A stretch of 64,000 nt of DNA from Gammaproteobacteria bacterium (GTDB taxonomy: Bacteria > Pseudomonadota > Gammaproteobacteria > Legionellales > Legionellaceae): contig JAPLRL010000035.1 of NCBI GenBank assembly GCA_026399205.1, positions 15,310 through 79,309 on the forward strand, written 5' to 3'. Within the stretch, counting starts at the first letter, position 1; every line of letters begins with the position of its first letter. Under the pieces are notes generated by a model. That model was not told the origin of the DNA. It worked only from the letters and a program-made list of their open reading frames with translations, and did not search any database. The position numbers and the translations under genes are program-made. Positions 29,043 through 39,307 of this stretch are shown piece after piece.

Positions 29043-29825
29043 CTAAGGGGCTACATCCAACTTTGCAGCCTCAATCGACTCATGATACGTCGCTTGATAC
29101 ACCACGGCAGCTTCTTCCATCGCCTTTTTTAAACCCAATTGTTTATACGAGCGATACATCACAACCAATGCATCATGCACCGCAGGGGCTTGAGGATACG
29201 TTTGGACCACATAGTTTGCTCGAGCAGCAGCTGCGACATACATGTCTCTATCGAAATAATATTTTCCATTATTGAGCTCGTGTTGGGCAAATTCATTTCT
29301 TAAGTAAATTAAACGATGTAAGGCATTTTGGTAATAAACACTTTTTGGAAATTTTTCAATGAACACTAAAAAATCAGTGTACGCTTGTAATTGTGTGCCT
29401 GGATCACGCCAAGACTCATCAACAGACAATAAATGCCCTAATGCGCTTCTGGGTTGTTGGAAGTTTGCCAATGCTTTCATGTAATAAGCATAATCTACGT
29501 GTTCTGAACGTGGGTAAAGATGGATATAATGATCAGCTTCAGCAGAAGCTGCAGGATATTCACCGTTTTGATAATAGGCATAAATAAGTAAACGTTGTGC
29601 GCGTTCTGAATAAGGACTAAATGGATACATGGATTCTAGAGCTTCGAGCCGTTTTGCTGCACTAGAATATTGTTTGGCAGTGATAGCTTTGTCTGCCTCA
29701 GCATAAAGTTGTTTTGCCTCTATGCCTTTATACAGCCCTAAGCCGTCGTCTTCATCTTTATTCCACCATGAATTACAACCTGCTAATGCCAAAAGAGTCA
29801 GTATCAAAACGACGCGTTTCATCAT
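29043..29825 (-). CDS. bamD: outer membrane protein assembly factor BamD
   Basis: Has a lipobox (MMKRVVLILTLLALAGC) and TPR-like repeats (..YPFSPYSERAQRLLIYAYYQNGEYPAA..YPRSEHVDYAYYM..). The ORF-track start at 29963 would read through the tRNA-Ser gene, so it is rejected. Confidence 0.85.
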   Translation of the reverse strand: MMKRVVLILTLLALAGCNSWWNKDEDDGLGLYKGIEAKQLYAEADKAITAKQYSSAAKRLEALESMYPFSPYSERAQRLLIYAYYQNGEYPAASAEADHYIHLYPRSEHVDYAYYMKALANFQQPRSALGHLLSVDESWRDPGTQLQAYTDFLVFIEKFPKSVYYQNALHRLIYLRNEFAQHELNNGKYYFDRDMYVAAAARANYVVQTYPQAPAVHDALVVMYRSYKQLGLKKAMEEAAVVYQATYHESIEAAKLDVAP

Positions 29826-29845
29826 CACCTTATTCACTAAAAAAA

Positions 29846-29933
29846 TGGCGGAAGCGGTGAGATTCGAACTCACGAACGGTTGCCCGTCGCCGGTTTTCAA
29901 GACCGGTGCATTCAACCACTCTGCCACGCTTCC
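29846..29933 (-). tRNA. tRNA-Ser (anticodon UGA)
   Basis: The reverse complement is GGAAGCGTGGCAGAGTGGTTGAATGCACCGGTCTTGAAAACCGGCGACGGGCAACCGTTCGTGAGTTCGAATCTCACCGCTTCCGCCA. It has a 7-bp acceptor stem, anticodon loop CTTGAAA, a long variable arm, a T-loop GTTCGAATC and an encoded CCA. Confidence 0.9.
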
Positions 29934-29978
29934 GTAGTAATCAGGCGATGCGTAATATACCAATCCAAGGTAAGGTCG

Positions 29979-31820
29979 TCAATAAGGATTCGTCGTTGGC
30001 AACGTAACCTTCGTTTTAAAGCGCGATAACTTGACCGAAGTGGTTGTCATACTTACATCTTGCTCTTCCATGACCTGCGTACCAAAGTCATAATACACCT
30101 TCTCTTGCCCTTCACACGCAGCTTGATCGTGAAGATTTGCTTGAGCCATCACTTTCTCGTTCTTTTTTTCATAAGCAGACAGCCAGTCTTTCCCATGCTT
30201 TTTAATGAGCAAAGCTTTTGTTTCATGGGGAGATAATATCAAGCCCGTTGCATTATTGCCCCCAAATCCTTTTGAGTTAAGCAAAGCCGCCGAACAGTCA
30301 ATGCCTGCTTCACCTGCAAAATGATGATCTAATAAAATATCAAGGTGTGAGCAATGTACATCTTCTGCGATATGGTCTATGGTTTTAATCCCGGGCACAT
30401 ACCCATATTTCCATACCCCAAGCGCAACCATGAGTTGATCCCCGGCCGCAGCACTGATGCTATGACCTAAATATGATTTAATGGCAGCAACAGGCCAATG
30501 CTCAATGCCATGCGTTTTAGCAACCTCATTTAAAATATGACTTTCTGTGACGCGATTTTGAGGCGTGCCAGTACCATGTGCAAACACGATACTCTGTTGT
30601 AAGCCTTCTTGCCCTAACATGGCTTTTGCAAGTGCGGCCGTTTTGGCAAAGGTAAGGTAATTTCCCACTCCGGGCTTTGCAATTGATTTTTTGTTGCCAT
30701 CGGCATTCACAAACACATCAGGCACGGAGCCATAAATGCTGGCCCCTAAAGTGACGGCCAATTCATCAGCCATTAAAATAACAAACTGCGCCCCTTCTGC
30801 CATGGTAAAGCCCGTATTATTTGAAAAGGGTCGACACGCACGCCGATGGTTGACCTCTTGCGTATGGTCAAGCAAACGTAATGACTCATCACTGGCCAAT
30901 GCCCCCATGGCATGAAACCCATCAATGACTGCAGGCACAATCGGGGCTTCAGCATTGCCAATAATGGCGACTTTAGCGCGACCTGACTTAATATCAGTCA
31001 GACCTTGCTTTAAATTATATAAAAAACTGGCACATGCACCCACCTGCGTTCCGGTTTGACCCACACTATTAATCACATAACTATTAATAAAATCCGCCGG
31101 CATTTCAGTTAAGGCCATGGGCATCATTTTTGAATTCACTCGATGTCCACGTAAAGGATCCCCAATTAAACCCGCATAAGAATTCTCATCAATTTGTGAC
31201 AATGCGCTACCGGCATAAACCGAAACCTCATCGGGTGCGATATGGGATAATACTGTATCCCAATCGATACCGAGCATATGCAGCGCATCAGAGGCACCAT
31301 AAATCGTGAGCGACAACCCGCGTGGATGGTGATGCGATGAATAAAGCAGACTAGGATCAAACCCTTTGGGTAACGACCCAGCACTCGACACCGCTAACGC
31401 TTTAGTCACTGATAAAAGAATGTCTGTGTCTGGCCGCAAGCTGACTTCAACGGTATGCGCATCGATTTCTCGCACCTGCCAGTTTTCAGGAATCGGATGA
31501 GGCAATTTTGATGCTTTCAACACAAACGTAGCAGATGAAGACAACTGTGCTTTGAGGTGTGTGGGGACGTGCCCTGGATCAAACGTGTCGATTTTTCTAA
31601 CCAAGGTACCGGCTTTAATCTCTTCGATGACAGCGGCCTGCACGCCATTTTTACCGACGGGCAACTGCATGCGATGTGCCAAATCCCGCCAAGTACTTTC
31701 CATGTCTTGGGCAGAGAGCACATCACTCACCAGTCGCTTATAACTATGAAACCCAGAGGTACGTCCTGCTGTATTCATGCCACCAAAACCAACAATAACG
31801 GGTAAACTGGGCATAATCAC
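29979..31820 (-). CDS. beta-ketoacyl-ACP synthase family protein (long, 613 aa)
   Basis: KAS active-site regions are present: GACASFLYNL (Cys), HGTGTPQNR (His), KSYLGHSISAAAG (His) and NSKGFGGNNA. Confidence 0.8.
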   Translation of the reverse strand: MIMPSLPVIVGFGGMNTAGRTSGFHSYKRLVSDVLSAQDMESTWRDLAHRMQLPVGKNGVQAAVIEEIKAGTLVRKIDTFDPGHVPTHLKAQLSSSATFVLKASKLPHPIPENWQVREIDAHTVEVSLRPDTDILLSVTKALAVSSAGSLPKGFDPSLLYSSHHHPRGLSLTIYGASDALHMLGIDWDTVLSHIAPDEVSVYAGSALSQIDENSYAGLIGDPLRGHRVNSKMMPMALTEMPADFINSYVINSVGQTGTQVGACASFLYNLKQGLTDIKSGRAKVAIIGNAEAPIVPAVIDGFHAMGALASDESLRLLDHTQEVNHRRACRPFSNNTGFTMAEGAQFVILMADELAVTLGASIYGSVPDVFVNADGNKKSIAKPGVGNYLTFAKTAALAKAMLGQEGLQQSIVFAHGTGTPQNRVTESHILNEVAKTHGIEHWPVAAIKSYLGHSISAAAGDQLMVALGVWKYGYVPGIKTIDHIAEDVHCSHLDILLDHHFAGEAGIDCSAALLNSKGFGGNNATGLILSPHETKALLIKKHGKDWLSAYEKKNEKVMAQANLHDQAACEGQEKVYYDFGTQVMEEQDVSMTTTSVKLSRFKTKVTLPTTNPY

Positions 31821-31945
31821 CTTAACATTTATGATAATAATGCCATTGATTTTAGCACAACTCTTATTTATTCACCCGCCTCCCCTTTAAAAAACTCCAA
31901 AAATCGTTATGATATCAGGTCGAAATTACGTAGGAACTTAGTTTT

Positions 31946-33358
31946 ATGCGTTACATTCAGTTCAACCCCAAATTCATCGCTTGCATCACGAGTCTATTAA
32001 TCGCTCAATACAGTTATGCCAGTGGATTCTCTTTATATACTGAAAGTAATGGCGAAGCTGTTGGGAATTTTGCAGCAGGCATTGCAGCAGAACCTAATGA
32101 TGCATCCATTGGTTGGTATAACCCCGCAGGACTCTCATTGTTACATCACGATCAAATCCTGGTTTCTGGCGTAGGTGTTTTGCCCTCTAGCCAACTTTCA
32201 GGCAATACCACCTATCAATCTGATAATTTTTTTGATCCCACCTCCCCCTTTATCTATAACGAAACCTTTTCTAATCTTCAAGGCGCACAAAGTGCGGTGG
32301 TCCCCAGTTTACATATGATGCACCCTGTTGGCCCCGACACCACGTTGGGTCTGAGTATAGTGTCTCCTTTTGGCCTATCGACCGACTGGGATCCCACTTC
32401 TGCCTTACGTTATGAAGCAACCTATACAAAGCTGATGACGCTTGATGTCGCACCCGAAATCGGCGGGCGCTTAACCGATCATCTCGCAGGTGGCTTAGGG
32501 TTTGATTTTGAATATGCCAATGTCACGTTTAATCGTGTATTAGGGTCACCCGCCGTGATGAGTGCCATTGATTATCCTGCCACCATTATTGATTCTAGCA
32601 GTCATAATCAGGGCAGCTCTTTCGGTATTGGCTTTCATGGCGGCTTGATACTTCACATCAACGATAACCATTCGCGTTTAGGGGTTAATTACCAATCGCC
32701 TGTTAATCATCAATTTGAAGGTTATAGCCAACTGTCCGGCCGTTTAGCTGATCCCAACTTAAATGCGGCTGATCCACTAGACTCAAACCCCAATGCGATT
32801 TCACGTTCTGATAATTTATTTAGTAACACAGTATCACTCCCTGGTATCACCACAGTCAGTGTTTATCAAGACATGAACGAACGACTGGCTTTATTAGGCT
32901 CAGTGGTTTATACAACTTGGGGCTGTTTTCAAAATGTGAAATTATTTAACGTTGCTGCAGCTGCGGCCAACCCTGAAACACTGGAAATTCGTCAAGTTAA
33001 TGTTGATGCCGTAACCGAAGAAAACTATCGTGATACCTGGCGGGTCGCACTGGGGGCTAATTATAAAATTCACGATCGCTTCATGCTCAGAGTCGGTGGT
33101 GGGTTTGAACAAACCCCAACAGATAATATTGAGCGCGATGTGCGCTTACCTGATGCCAATCGCTGGGCAGCCTCTGTGGGCGCCCATTATCAATTTAAAC
33201 CGGCAATTGGCCTAGATGTAGGGTATACACATTTATTTTTTGAACAAAACTATATTAATAAAACTGATTTAATACATACGAGTACGTTTAATGTGACAGC
33301 AACACCGCATAATTACGGAGATTTGGTGGGTGCGCAGTTGGTGTGGACGATGGACTGA
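31946..33358 (+). CDS. fadL: outer-membrane long-chain fatty acid / hydrophobic compound transporter (FadL/TodX family)
   Basis: Has a signal peptide, the N-terminal hatch motif ASGFSLYTESNGEAVGNFAAG..GWYNPAGL, and a beta-barrel C-terminus. Confidence 0.8.
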   Translation: MRYIQFNPKFIACITSLLIAQYSYASGFSLYTESNGEAVGNFAAGIAAEPNDASIGWYNPAGLSLLHHDQILVSGVGVLPSSQLSGNTTYQSDNFFDPTSPFIYNETFSNLQGAQSAVVPSLHMMHPVGPDTTLGLSIVSPFGLSTDWDPTSALRYEATYTKLMTLDVAPEIGGRLTDHLAGGLGFDFEYANVTFNRVLGSPAVMSAIDYPATIIDSSSHNQGSSFGIGFHGGLILHINDNHSRLGVNYQSPVNHQFEGYSQLSGRLADPNLNAADPLDSNPNAISRSDNLFSNTVSLPGITTVSVYQDMNERLALLGSVVYTTWGCFQNVKLFNVAAAAANPETLEIRQVNVDAVTEENYRDTWRVALGANYKIHDRFMLRVGGGFEQTPTDNIERDVRLPDANRWAASVGAHYQFKPAIGLDVGYTHLFFEQNYINKTDLIHTSTFNVTATPHNYGDLVGAQLVWTMD

Positions 33359-33419
33359 TAGTTACTTTTTACATAAAATATGCAATAATTAACCATATCA
33401 CTCATTTATTAGGGGAAAC

Positions 33420-34547
33420 ATGATGGCACATACTCATCTCACTCATCATCCAGATACGATGCGCGCACCCTTCTTTCATCACGAGCTCACGTTTTCGCAA
33501 GACGATTTAGAACACGCCTTTGCACGTTACCCTAATCAAGTTATGTCAAAATTTGGGGTTCAAAATGCCCAACAAATGATGAGTTACCTTTCTTCTCCTG
33601 AAGGGAGATTGGTGAAAAGCGTCATCAGTACCGAAATTATGAAAATGCTTTCATTAAAAGAAACCTTGGCGTTTGAACAACGCGAAGAGATGGCTCTCCA
33701 GCGACGCATATTGGCCTTTTTGATATCTCGTTACTTGCACGACAAAGCGAGACATGCACGCCAACAACAGCTTGAACTTGAACACCTGATTGAAGAAGCC
33801 TTTATGAATACCCCAGCACATGCTGTCGATATTGCGCATGACACCAGCTTGGCCTATCAAGAAACGCTTTATGTATTGGAGCGCTCTATTGAACGTCATA
33901 GAGAAGAGCTGGAAGACTATACCTATAGCATTGAAGAATCCAAGAAACTTGAAAAACGCCTCGAAGATTTTTTTGCTGATCTTGAAGCGCAATTTCAGCA
34001 TTTATCTAATGCGGGTGAGGCCTTTGCAGAAATGTGTATCGCTGTCACTGAGCAATTTTCAGAGCAACTACAAGAATCAATGGATGACATTGATCAACGC
34101 ATCAAATCACTAGAACAGAAACAAACCGCGCCTCAACCTAAACCCACCCCATCTGGGCAGCAAGGGGGGGCCATACAAGACATTCGTCGGTTACAAGAGC
34201 AAAAAGCCCTGCATGCAGATACCTTGCAACACATCAAAGCCTTTCAACAAGCGATGCGCGGCCTACAACCGAATGACGTGCCTCATCAAGCGATTCGCCT
34301 TGAAGCCAATAAAGTCATGCACACAGCCCACCAGCATGTAGAGGGCCTGGAAAAACAAAAACATATCCAAGACACCCGTTTACATCGTTTAATTGCTGAA
34401 AAAGATCAGTTGTCAACAGAGCGGCAGAGCGTGCTGAATAATTACGATCAGCTCAGTCAACGGATGCAGGCTAGCAATACCCAAGTATCGCAGCCATCAC
34501 CGAGCCCGACGCCGTTTGAAACTCGGCCTTCGAAAAGACCGCGGTAG
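33420..34547 (+). CDS. hypothetical coiled-coil protein
   Basis: 375-aa ORF rich in Q/E/L heptad-like stretches. The tail is Pro/Ser-rich and basic (..QPSPSPTPFETRPSKRPR). No domain recognised. Confidence 0.5.
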   Translation: MMAHTHLTHHPDTMRAPFFHHELTFSQDDLEHAFARYPNQVMSKFGVQNAQQMMSYLSSPEGRLVKSVISTEIMKMLSLKETLAFEQREEMALQRRILAFLISRYLHDKARHARQQQLELEHLIEEAFMNTPAHAVDIAHDTSLAYQETLYVLERSIERHREELEDYTYSIEESKKLEKRLEDFFADLEAQFQHLSNAGEAFAEMCIAVTEQFSEQLQESMDDIDQRIKSLEQKQTAPQPKPTPSGQQGGAIQDIRRLQEQKALHADTLQHIKAFQQAMRGLQPNDVPHQAIRLEANKVMHTAHQHVEGLEKQKHIQDTRLHRLIAEKDQLSTERQSVLNNYDQLSQRMQASNTQVSQPSPSPTPFETRPSKRPR

Positions 34548-34561
34548 GGTGAATATTTTTA

Positions 34562-34653
34562 TATACTCCGATCAGTCCCCTCCCCAACCCTCCCCCGCGA
34601 AGAACATCAATATTTTGTTCAAACTTCTAGCGCGGGAGAGGGGTATTCGAGCA
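34562..34653. repeat. D-family repeat (D7)
   Basis: TATACTCCGATCAGTCCCCTCCCCAACCCTCCCCCGCG..CGCGGGAGAGGGGTATTCGAGCA. Confidence 0.85.
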
Positions 34654-34744
34654 TAAAAAGGTTAGGGGCGCTGCCTAGACGCGTTGATGGCACGACAACA
34701 ATAGGTATATACTCATTCAACCCATTCAAACAAGGACTGTTTAA

Positions 34745-35491
34745 ATGAAAAAAATATACCCCTATGCCATCCTCGCTATCACAACAACCTCCCCTGCCTT
34801 TTCAGCAATAACCCTCCCCATCGATTTATCACATGGTGTGATTGCGCTCAGCGGCGCGCCTGCTTGGAGTGATGCTGGTCTAAACCAAACCATTACTTCA
34901 GATCCCGAAATTGACACCGCTTACATCGCCCAACATCAAACTCGCTTATTAGGAACCGCAGAGCTGTTTTTGGGTCTGCAGCAGAAAATTAACCCGCGAT
35001 TGAGTGCCCAATATGGGCTCGCCTTAGCAGGCAGTGGGACAGCGAAGCTTTCTGGTGATGTGTGGCAAGATGCCGATCCCAATTTTGATAATTTTACTTA
35101 TACCTATAATGAATCTCAATTTCGCGTTGCATTAAAGGGTAAACTTATGGCCAACGACTGGGTCGCTCATCAACCTGTCGAACCCTATGTCAGTGGGAGT
35201 GTAGGCGTCGGATTCAACCGTGCCTTTGGTTACAGTGCATGGCCTAAAATATTTGAAGCGGTCCCTCCACCAGGCTTTACAGATAGCACCACAACTGCAT
35301 TTACTTATACTGTAGGCGCAGGTATTCAAAAAACACTAGGTACGCATTGGCAAGCAGGATTAGGGTATGAATTTGCAGATTGGGGCGCAAGTCACCTTGG
35401 TGCCGCGCCAGATCAAACATTGAATGGGGGTTTAAGTTTAAATCATCTATATGTGAATGCATTGCAGTTTACATTGGGTTATGTGGGTTGA
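34745..35491 (+). CDS. outer-membrane beta-barrel protein (OMP_b-brl/OmpW-Opa-like)
   Basis: Has a signal peptide (..TTTSPAFSA) and alternating beta-strand pattern (..GAGIQKTLGTHWQAGLGYEFADWG..ALQFTLGYVG). Its C-terminal region resembles that of 37711..38958. Confidence 0.6.
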   Translation: MKKIYPYAILAITTTSPAFSAITLPIDLSHGVIALSGAPAWSDAGLNQTITSDPEIDTAYIAQHQTRLLGTAELFLGLQQKINPRLSAQYGLALAGSGTAKLSGDVWQDADPNFDNFTYTYNESQFRVALKGKLMANDWVAHQPVEPYVSGSVGVGFNRAFGYSAWPKIFEAVPPPGFTDSTTTAFTYTVGAGIQKTLGTHWQAGLGYEFADWGASHLGAAPDQTLNGGLSLNHLYVNALQFTLGYVG

Positions 35492-36993
35492 CCCAATTCT
35501 TCTTCTGCTTGCACTCGCCCATAGTGGTCTTGAAAACGCACAATATCGTCTTCGCCGAGATATTCCCCGCTCTGAACCTCGATCATCACGAGTTTAACGA
35601 TGCCGGGGTTTTCTAAGCGATGCTTATAGCCTGCTGCAATATAAGTAGATTCATTCACGCCTAGCAAAAACGATTGCTCTCCATTCACCACCCGAGCTGT
35701 CCCACTCACCACAATCCAGTGCTCACTGCGATGATGGTGCATTTGCAAACTCAAGCTGGCTCTAGGGTTCACCTCGATGCGTTTGATTTTGTAGCGATCA
35801 GAATCTTCCAAAATGGTATAGGTGCCCCAAGGGCGATAAACGGTACGGTGTGTTTTGTGAGTTTCGTGTCCATTGGCTTTGAGCATGCCATATAAATGTT
35901 TAACTTCTTGTGAAAGATTTTTATCTGCGACCAATAAAGCATCAGGCGTATCAATCACAATGAGATTGTCTACACCGACTAGGCCCACCATTCGATCCGG
36001 ACTATGCACATAACAATTGACGGCAGAATGAAACAAGGCTTCTCCATTCACTCTATTGCCGTTTTCATCGGGTTCAGATAATTCACCAATCGACTGCCAA
36101 GAACCAATATCTCGCCAACCAATATTGCAAGGAACTACCGCAACCTCAGCACCGTGAGTTTGCTGTTTTGAAGCAGGTTCCATCACAGCGTAGTCAAATG
36201 AATCTTCCGGGACTTGAATAAACATTTTTTCGTCTAAACGACATTGTACCCATGTTTGGGTTTTTTCAACCAAAGAAGCCTCTAAGGTCGCTTTAGCGGC
36301 CTCTAAGATCAATGGGCAATGTTGTCTCATTTGTTTAAGCACAGTGTCCACTTGGAAGCAAAATAGCCCTGCGTTCCAAAGATAGCCGCCAGCTTCAAGG
36401 TATTGTGTAGCAAGATTAAGATCAGGTTTTTCAATGAAGCGAGAAATGGGATAGCCGAGGCACGCGTTTTTGTCTTTACCCTCTTCTTGTAAGGGGTGTG
36501 CTTCATCGACTTCAATATAGCCATAGCCGGTTTCTGGGGTGACAGGCTCAATGCCAAAGGTCACCAACATCCCTCGAGCGGCAAGCTTAATTGCTTTAAA
36601 CACCGCTTGATGAAACGCGGTTTCATCTTGAATTAAATGATCCGCCGGCAAAATCAGCATGATGGCTTCATCACCATGGCGTTGCTTAATATGCATGGCA
36701 GCAATGGCAATGGCTGCAGCGGTATTTCGCCCGCAGGGCTCTAATATATAGGAAGTGAGCACTTGCTCTTGATTAATTTCTTTATATTCATCTTGAGTTT
36801 TAAAAAACAACTCCTGATTTGTTACGGTTAATATTTCCGTAACATCAGGCAATGATTTTGCCCTTAAAAAAGCCTTTTGCAAAAGGCTTTGACCATCTTG
36901 TAAACGAATGAACGGCTTAGGATGTAGTTCTCGAGAAACAGGCCAAAGACGCGATCCTGCGCCACCACACAAAATTGTGGGAATAATCAACAC
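35479..36993 (-). CDS. manC: mannose-1-phosphate guanylyltransferase / mannose-6-phosphate isomerase (bifunctional, type II PMI)
   Basis: Shows ILCGGAGSRLWPVSR, ..RPWGTYTILEDSDRYKIKRIEVNPRASLSLQMHHHRSEHWIVVSGTA.. Confidence 0.9.
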   Translation of the reverse strand: MLIIPTILCGGAGSRLWPVSRELHPKPFIRLQDGQSLLQKAFLRAKSLPDVTEILTVTNQELFFKTQDEYKEINQEQVLTSYILEPCGRNTAAAIAIAAMHIKQRHGDEAIMLILPADHLIQDETAFHQAVFKAIKLAARGMLVTFGIEPVTPETGYGYIEVDEAHPLQEEGKDKNACLGYPISRFIEKPDLNLATQYLEAGGYLWNAGLFCFQVDTVLKQMRQHCPLILEAAKATLEASLVEKTQTWVQCRLDEKMFIQVPEDSFDYAVMEPASKQQTHGAEVAVVPCNIGWRDIGSWQSIGELSEPDENGNRVNGEALFHSAVNCYVHSPDRMVGLVGVDNLIVIDTPDALLVADKNLSQEVKHLYGMLKANGHETHKTHRTVYRPWGTYTILEDSDRYKIKRIEVNPRASLSLQMHHHRSEHWIVVSGTARVVNGEQSFLLGVNESTYIAAGYKHRLENPGIVKLVMIEVQSGEYLGEDDIVRFQDHYGRVQAEEELGQPT

Positions 36994-37023
36994 AATGTCT
37001 TCCTTCTTATTGGTTTTAAAATA

Positions 37024-37422
37024 TCAAGGCTGAGTCAGCGTGGTCTCAGCAAGTCCATTTACAGTGACGGTGTATCCATTTGCACTCAATTGTTTAGGTG
37101 AAATTTCGCCTGTTGCCAGATCCATGGTCACGACCCCTATTTCAATAGGAGACGCGGTATTGGTGTTCATTTTAATGATGGCAGAGCATATATTATTGAC
37201 CGAATGACCATGGCAAGCGAGCTTGACCATGTTCCAATAGACTTTACTGACCGCATGGGGCTTAGTCGGGTAAATAGACGGAATTGCACCGCCATCACGC
37301 GTCACAATATAAGCATTAGATTCTGAATCGGTGAGATTGTGTGTTAACAAAAATGCAGGAGCACTAAACACACCTAGGGAAGTCATAAAAAGGGATACAA
37401 ATAAAGTGACTCTGTTCAACAT
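37024..37422 (-). CDS. secreted hypothetical protein
   Basis: I set the start at MLNRVTLFVSLFMTSLGVFSAPA, a signal peptide. 132 aa with no motif recognised. Confidence 0.45.
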   Translation of the reverse strand: MLNRVTLFVSLFMTSLGVFSAPAFLLTHNLTDSESNAYIVTRDGGAIPSIYPTKPHAVSKVYWNMVKLACHGHSVNNICSAIIKMNTNTASPIEIGVVTMDLATGEISPKQLSANGYTVTVNGLAETTLTQP

Positions 37423-37517
37423 CGTTAAGTCTCCAACTGCGTACAACACTTTGCGAACTATAAAATATTCTAGAGGTAGATACAAGTCTAACACGATGCT
37501 TAACTTTTCACCCGATA

Positions 37518-37588
37518 CAAACCGAGCCGCGACCGTGAGGGAGCGGAAGTGTAAAATTTCCGCTCCCTCACGGTCGCGGCTCGGTTTG
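37518..37588. repeat. A-family palindrome (A3)
   Basis: CAAACCGAGCCGCGACCGTGAGGGAGCGGAA..TTCCGCTCCCTCACGGTCGCGGCTCGGTTTG. Confidence 0.9.
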
Positions 37589-37710
37589 ATTGAGCGAAAA
37601 GTTAAGTATACCCAACGCTAATGAGTTTTCGGATTTTATGCTATTGATTTATGACTCACATATTAGTTATGCTGAAGCCCAGGACGCGACAAATAGATGG
37701 ATCTAAACTC

Positions 37711-38958
37711 ATGATAAAACGCCACAACGCTTTCCCTTTCCTTTCGTTGATCACCTTATTTAGCACCCTATTTCTTCTCACAAACCATACAGCCCAAGCC
37801 AAATCAATGATTTATGGCATGAATGACATCAACCATATCAAACCGCATGCCTCTGCGCCTTTTTATATTCAAATCGGTGCCTTTAAAAATAAGCAGAATG
37901 CTCAACGGCTTTTGCATCAACACGCTTACGCTTATCCTGTCAAAATAGAAAACCATCGCGCTTTGTATCTCGTCATCATGGGTCCTATCCCTTCCTATCA
38001 AGCCTTGCAACAGTTACGCATGCATCCAATGCGCCACCAGGTCGCTGCCCCGCATCGCTTAGCAAAAATGAGACACGCGCCCACTTCTGCGAGGTTCACA
38101 AAAGAACCCATGGATCTGCTGCTTCAAAAAAACAAAATCGTTCACAAACAAACAGTAACACTCCCCCCCGGATACCACACCACAACACGGCACACGTTCA
38201 GAGACCACAACAACCCGACTGCGATACGCGCAGGGTTTCTTGACGCCGAACGCACTGATACACCCGCAACCCCCTATCGAGATCGCCCCTTGTTACTCAA
38301 CTTCAGTGTGGGCATTGGTGCGCCAAGTTATGCAAATACGCTAACCATTTCAAATGGTTCAGACTTTCCAGCCCCTTATAATTTAGATTCATTTTCAACC
38401 AAAACTAACACGCAAGCGTTACTTAGCGTCGGAATTGGTAAACGCTACAAGCCTGATGTAGCCTATATTAAATCTTTGACATTTGGCGCACGCTATCAAT
38501 ATTTGATCCCAGAAAATATTGGAAACAACCTAACCCAATACTCATCACCAGAATTTCTTAATTATAATTACCACTGGAGTATGACTGCACAAATACTCAC
38601 GGGCGAAGCAAAATTAAATTTGATTCGCGAAGCTCGATTATCGCCTTATATTAATGGCGGACTAGGGGTGTCCTTTAATCAAGCCAAAGGCTATATGGAA
38701 ACAGCATTACCTTTAGTCACTGAGCGCTACAGCCCCTCATTTAATGCCAAAAGCGTTGCGCAATTTACCTGGCATGCGGGAGTTGGCTTAGACTACGACC
38801 TTGGCAGAGATTGGATTGCCTCAATAGGCTATGATTTTGAGTCTCTGGGTGCATTCGCCTCAGGTAGTGGCGTTGCCACGTGGGGGGGGGAGTCGTTACA
38901 ACTTGGGAATGTGAATACCAATATGGCAATGCTCGGGATCACGTATTTGATGGGGTAA
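37711..38958 (+). CDS. SPOR domain protein fused to a C-terminal outer-membrane beta-barrel-like domain
   Basis: I set the start at MIKRHNAFPFLSLITLFSTLFLLTNHTAQA. The SPOR pattern is FYIQIGAFKNKQNAQRLL..YLVIMGPIPSYQALQQL. The C-terminal ~220 aa resemble the OMP at 34745..35491 (..WHAGVGLDYDLGRDWIASIGYDFESLG..MLGITYLMG). Confidence 0.65.
   Translation: MIKRHNAFPFLSLITLFSTLFLLTNHTAQAKSMIYGMNDINHIKPHASAPFYIQIGAFKNKQNAQRLLHQHAYAYPVKIENHRALYLVIMGPIPSYQALQQLRMHPMRHQVAAPHRLAKMRHAPTSARFTKEPMDLLLQKNKIVHKQTVTLPPGYHTTTRHTFRDHNNPTAIRAGFLDAERTDTPATPYRDRPLLLNFSVGIGAPSYANTLTISNGSDFPAPYNLDSFSTKTNTQALLSVGIGKRYKPDVAYIKSLTFGARYQYLIPENIGNNLTQYSSPEFLNYNYHWSMTAQILTGEAKLNLIREARLSPYINGGLGVSFNQAKGYMETALPLVTERYSPSFNAKSVAQFTWHAGVGLDYDLGRDWIASIGYDFESLGAFASGSGVATWGGESLQLGNVNTNMAMLGITYLMG
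38882..38890 (+). repeat. G9 homopolymer inside the SPOR/beta-barrel gene
   Basis: Reads ACG TGG GGG GGG GAG in frame, 23 codons before the stop. Confidence 0.9.
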
Positions 38959-38980
38959 GAATAGTAGCCTGGATGCTACT
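38959..38980. repeat. F-family hairpin, shortened copy (F1)
   Basis: GAATAGTAGCCTGGATGCTACT shares GAATAGTAGCCTGGATGC with 60506..60523. Confidence 0.6.
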
Positions 38981-39307
38981 AAAAATTCACTTGTTTAAGC
39001 AAGTCAGCATCCTCCTTCAAACACCGCACACCATCATCCGCCCTCGCCAAATACAACCCCATGATTTTATGCGCATCACTCGGGCCGCATTTTACTGTGG
39101 TGATCGGGAGATTCTAGACAGCTATGAGGTAAAAGCACGGAAAGAACCTGCGATCTATCCGCCTTTGGTAGAGCTTATTCGTCAGAGTCCTAACCCTGCG
39201 TTTATTGCAGCGGTTCATCAAAAACAGGGCTTGCAAACGGCGCGCCCAGTGCCGCAGGAAGTTGTTTATCACCCGCCGCTTGCGGTATATCGACCGCCAA
39301 ACACGGA

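Noticed and set aside
29826-29963. N-terminal extension of the bamD ORF (track start 29963)
   Set aside because: The extension (..GSVAEWLNAPVLKTGDGQPFVSSNLTAS..) is simply the tRNA-Ser gene translated. The true BamD start is the lipoprotein signal MMKRVV at 29825.
29826-29978. Genomic island integrated at tRNA-Ser
   Set aside because: Both flanks are core genes (bamD and a KAS). There is no integrase, no direct repeat of the tRNA 3' end, and no compositional shift visible.
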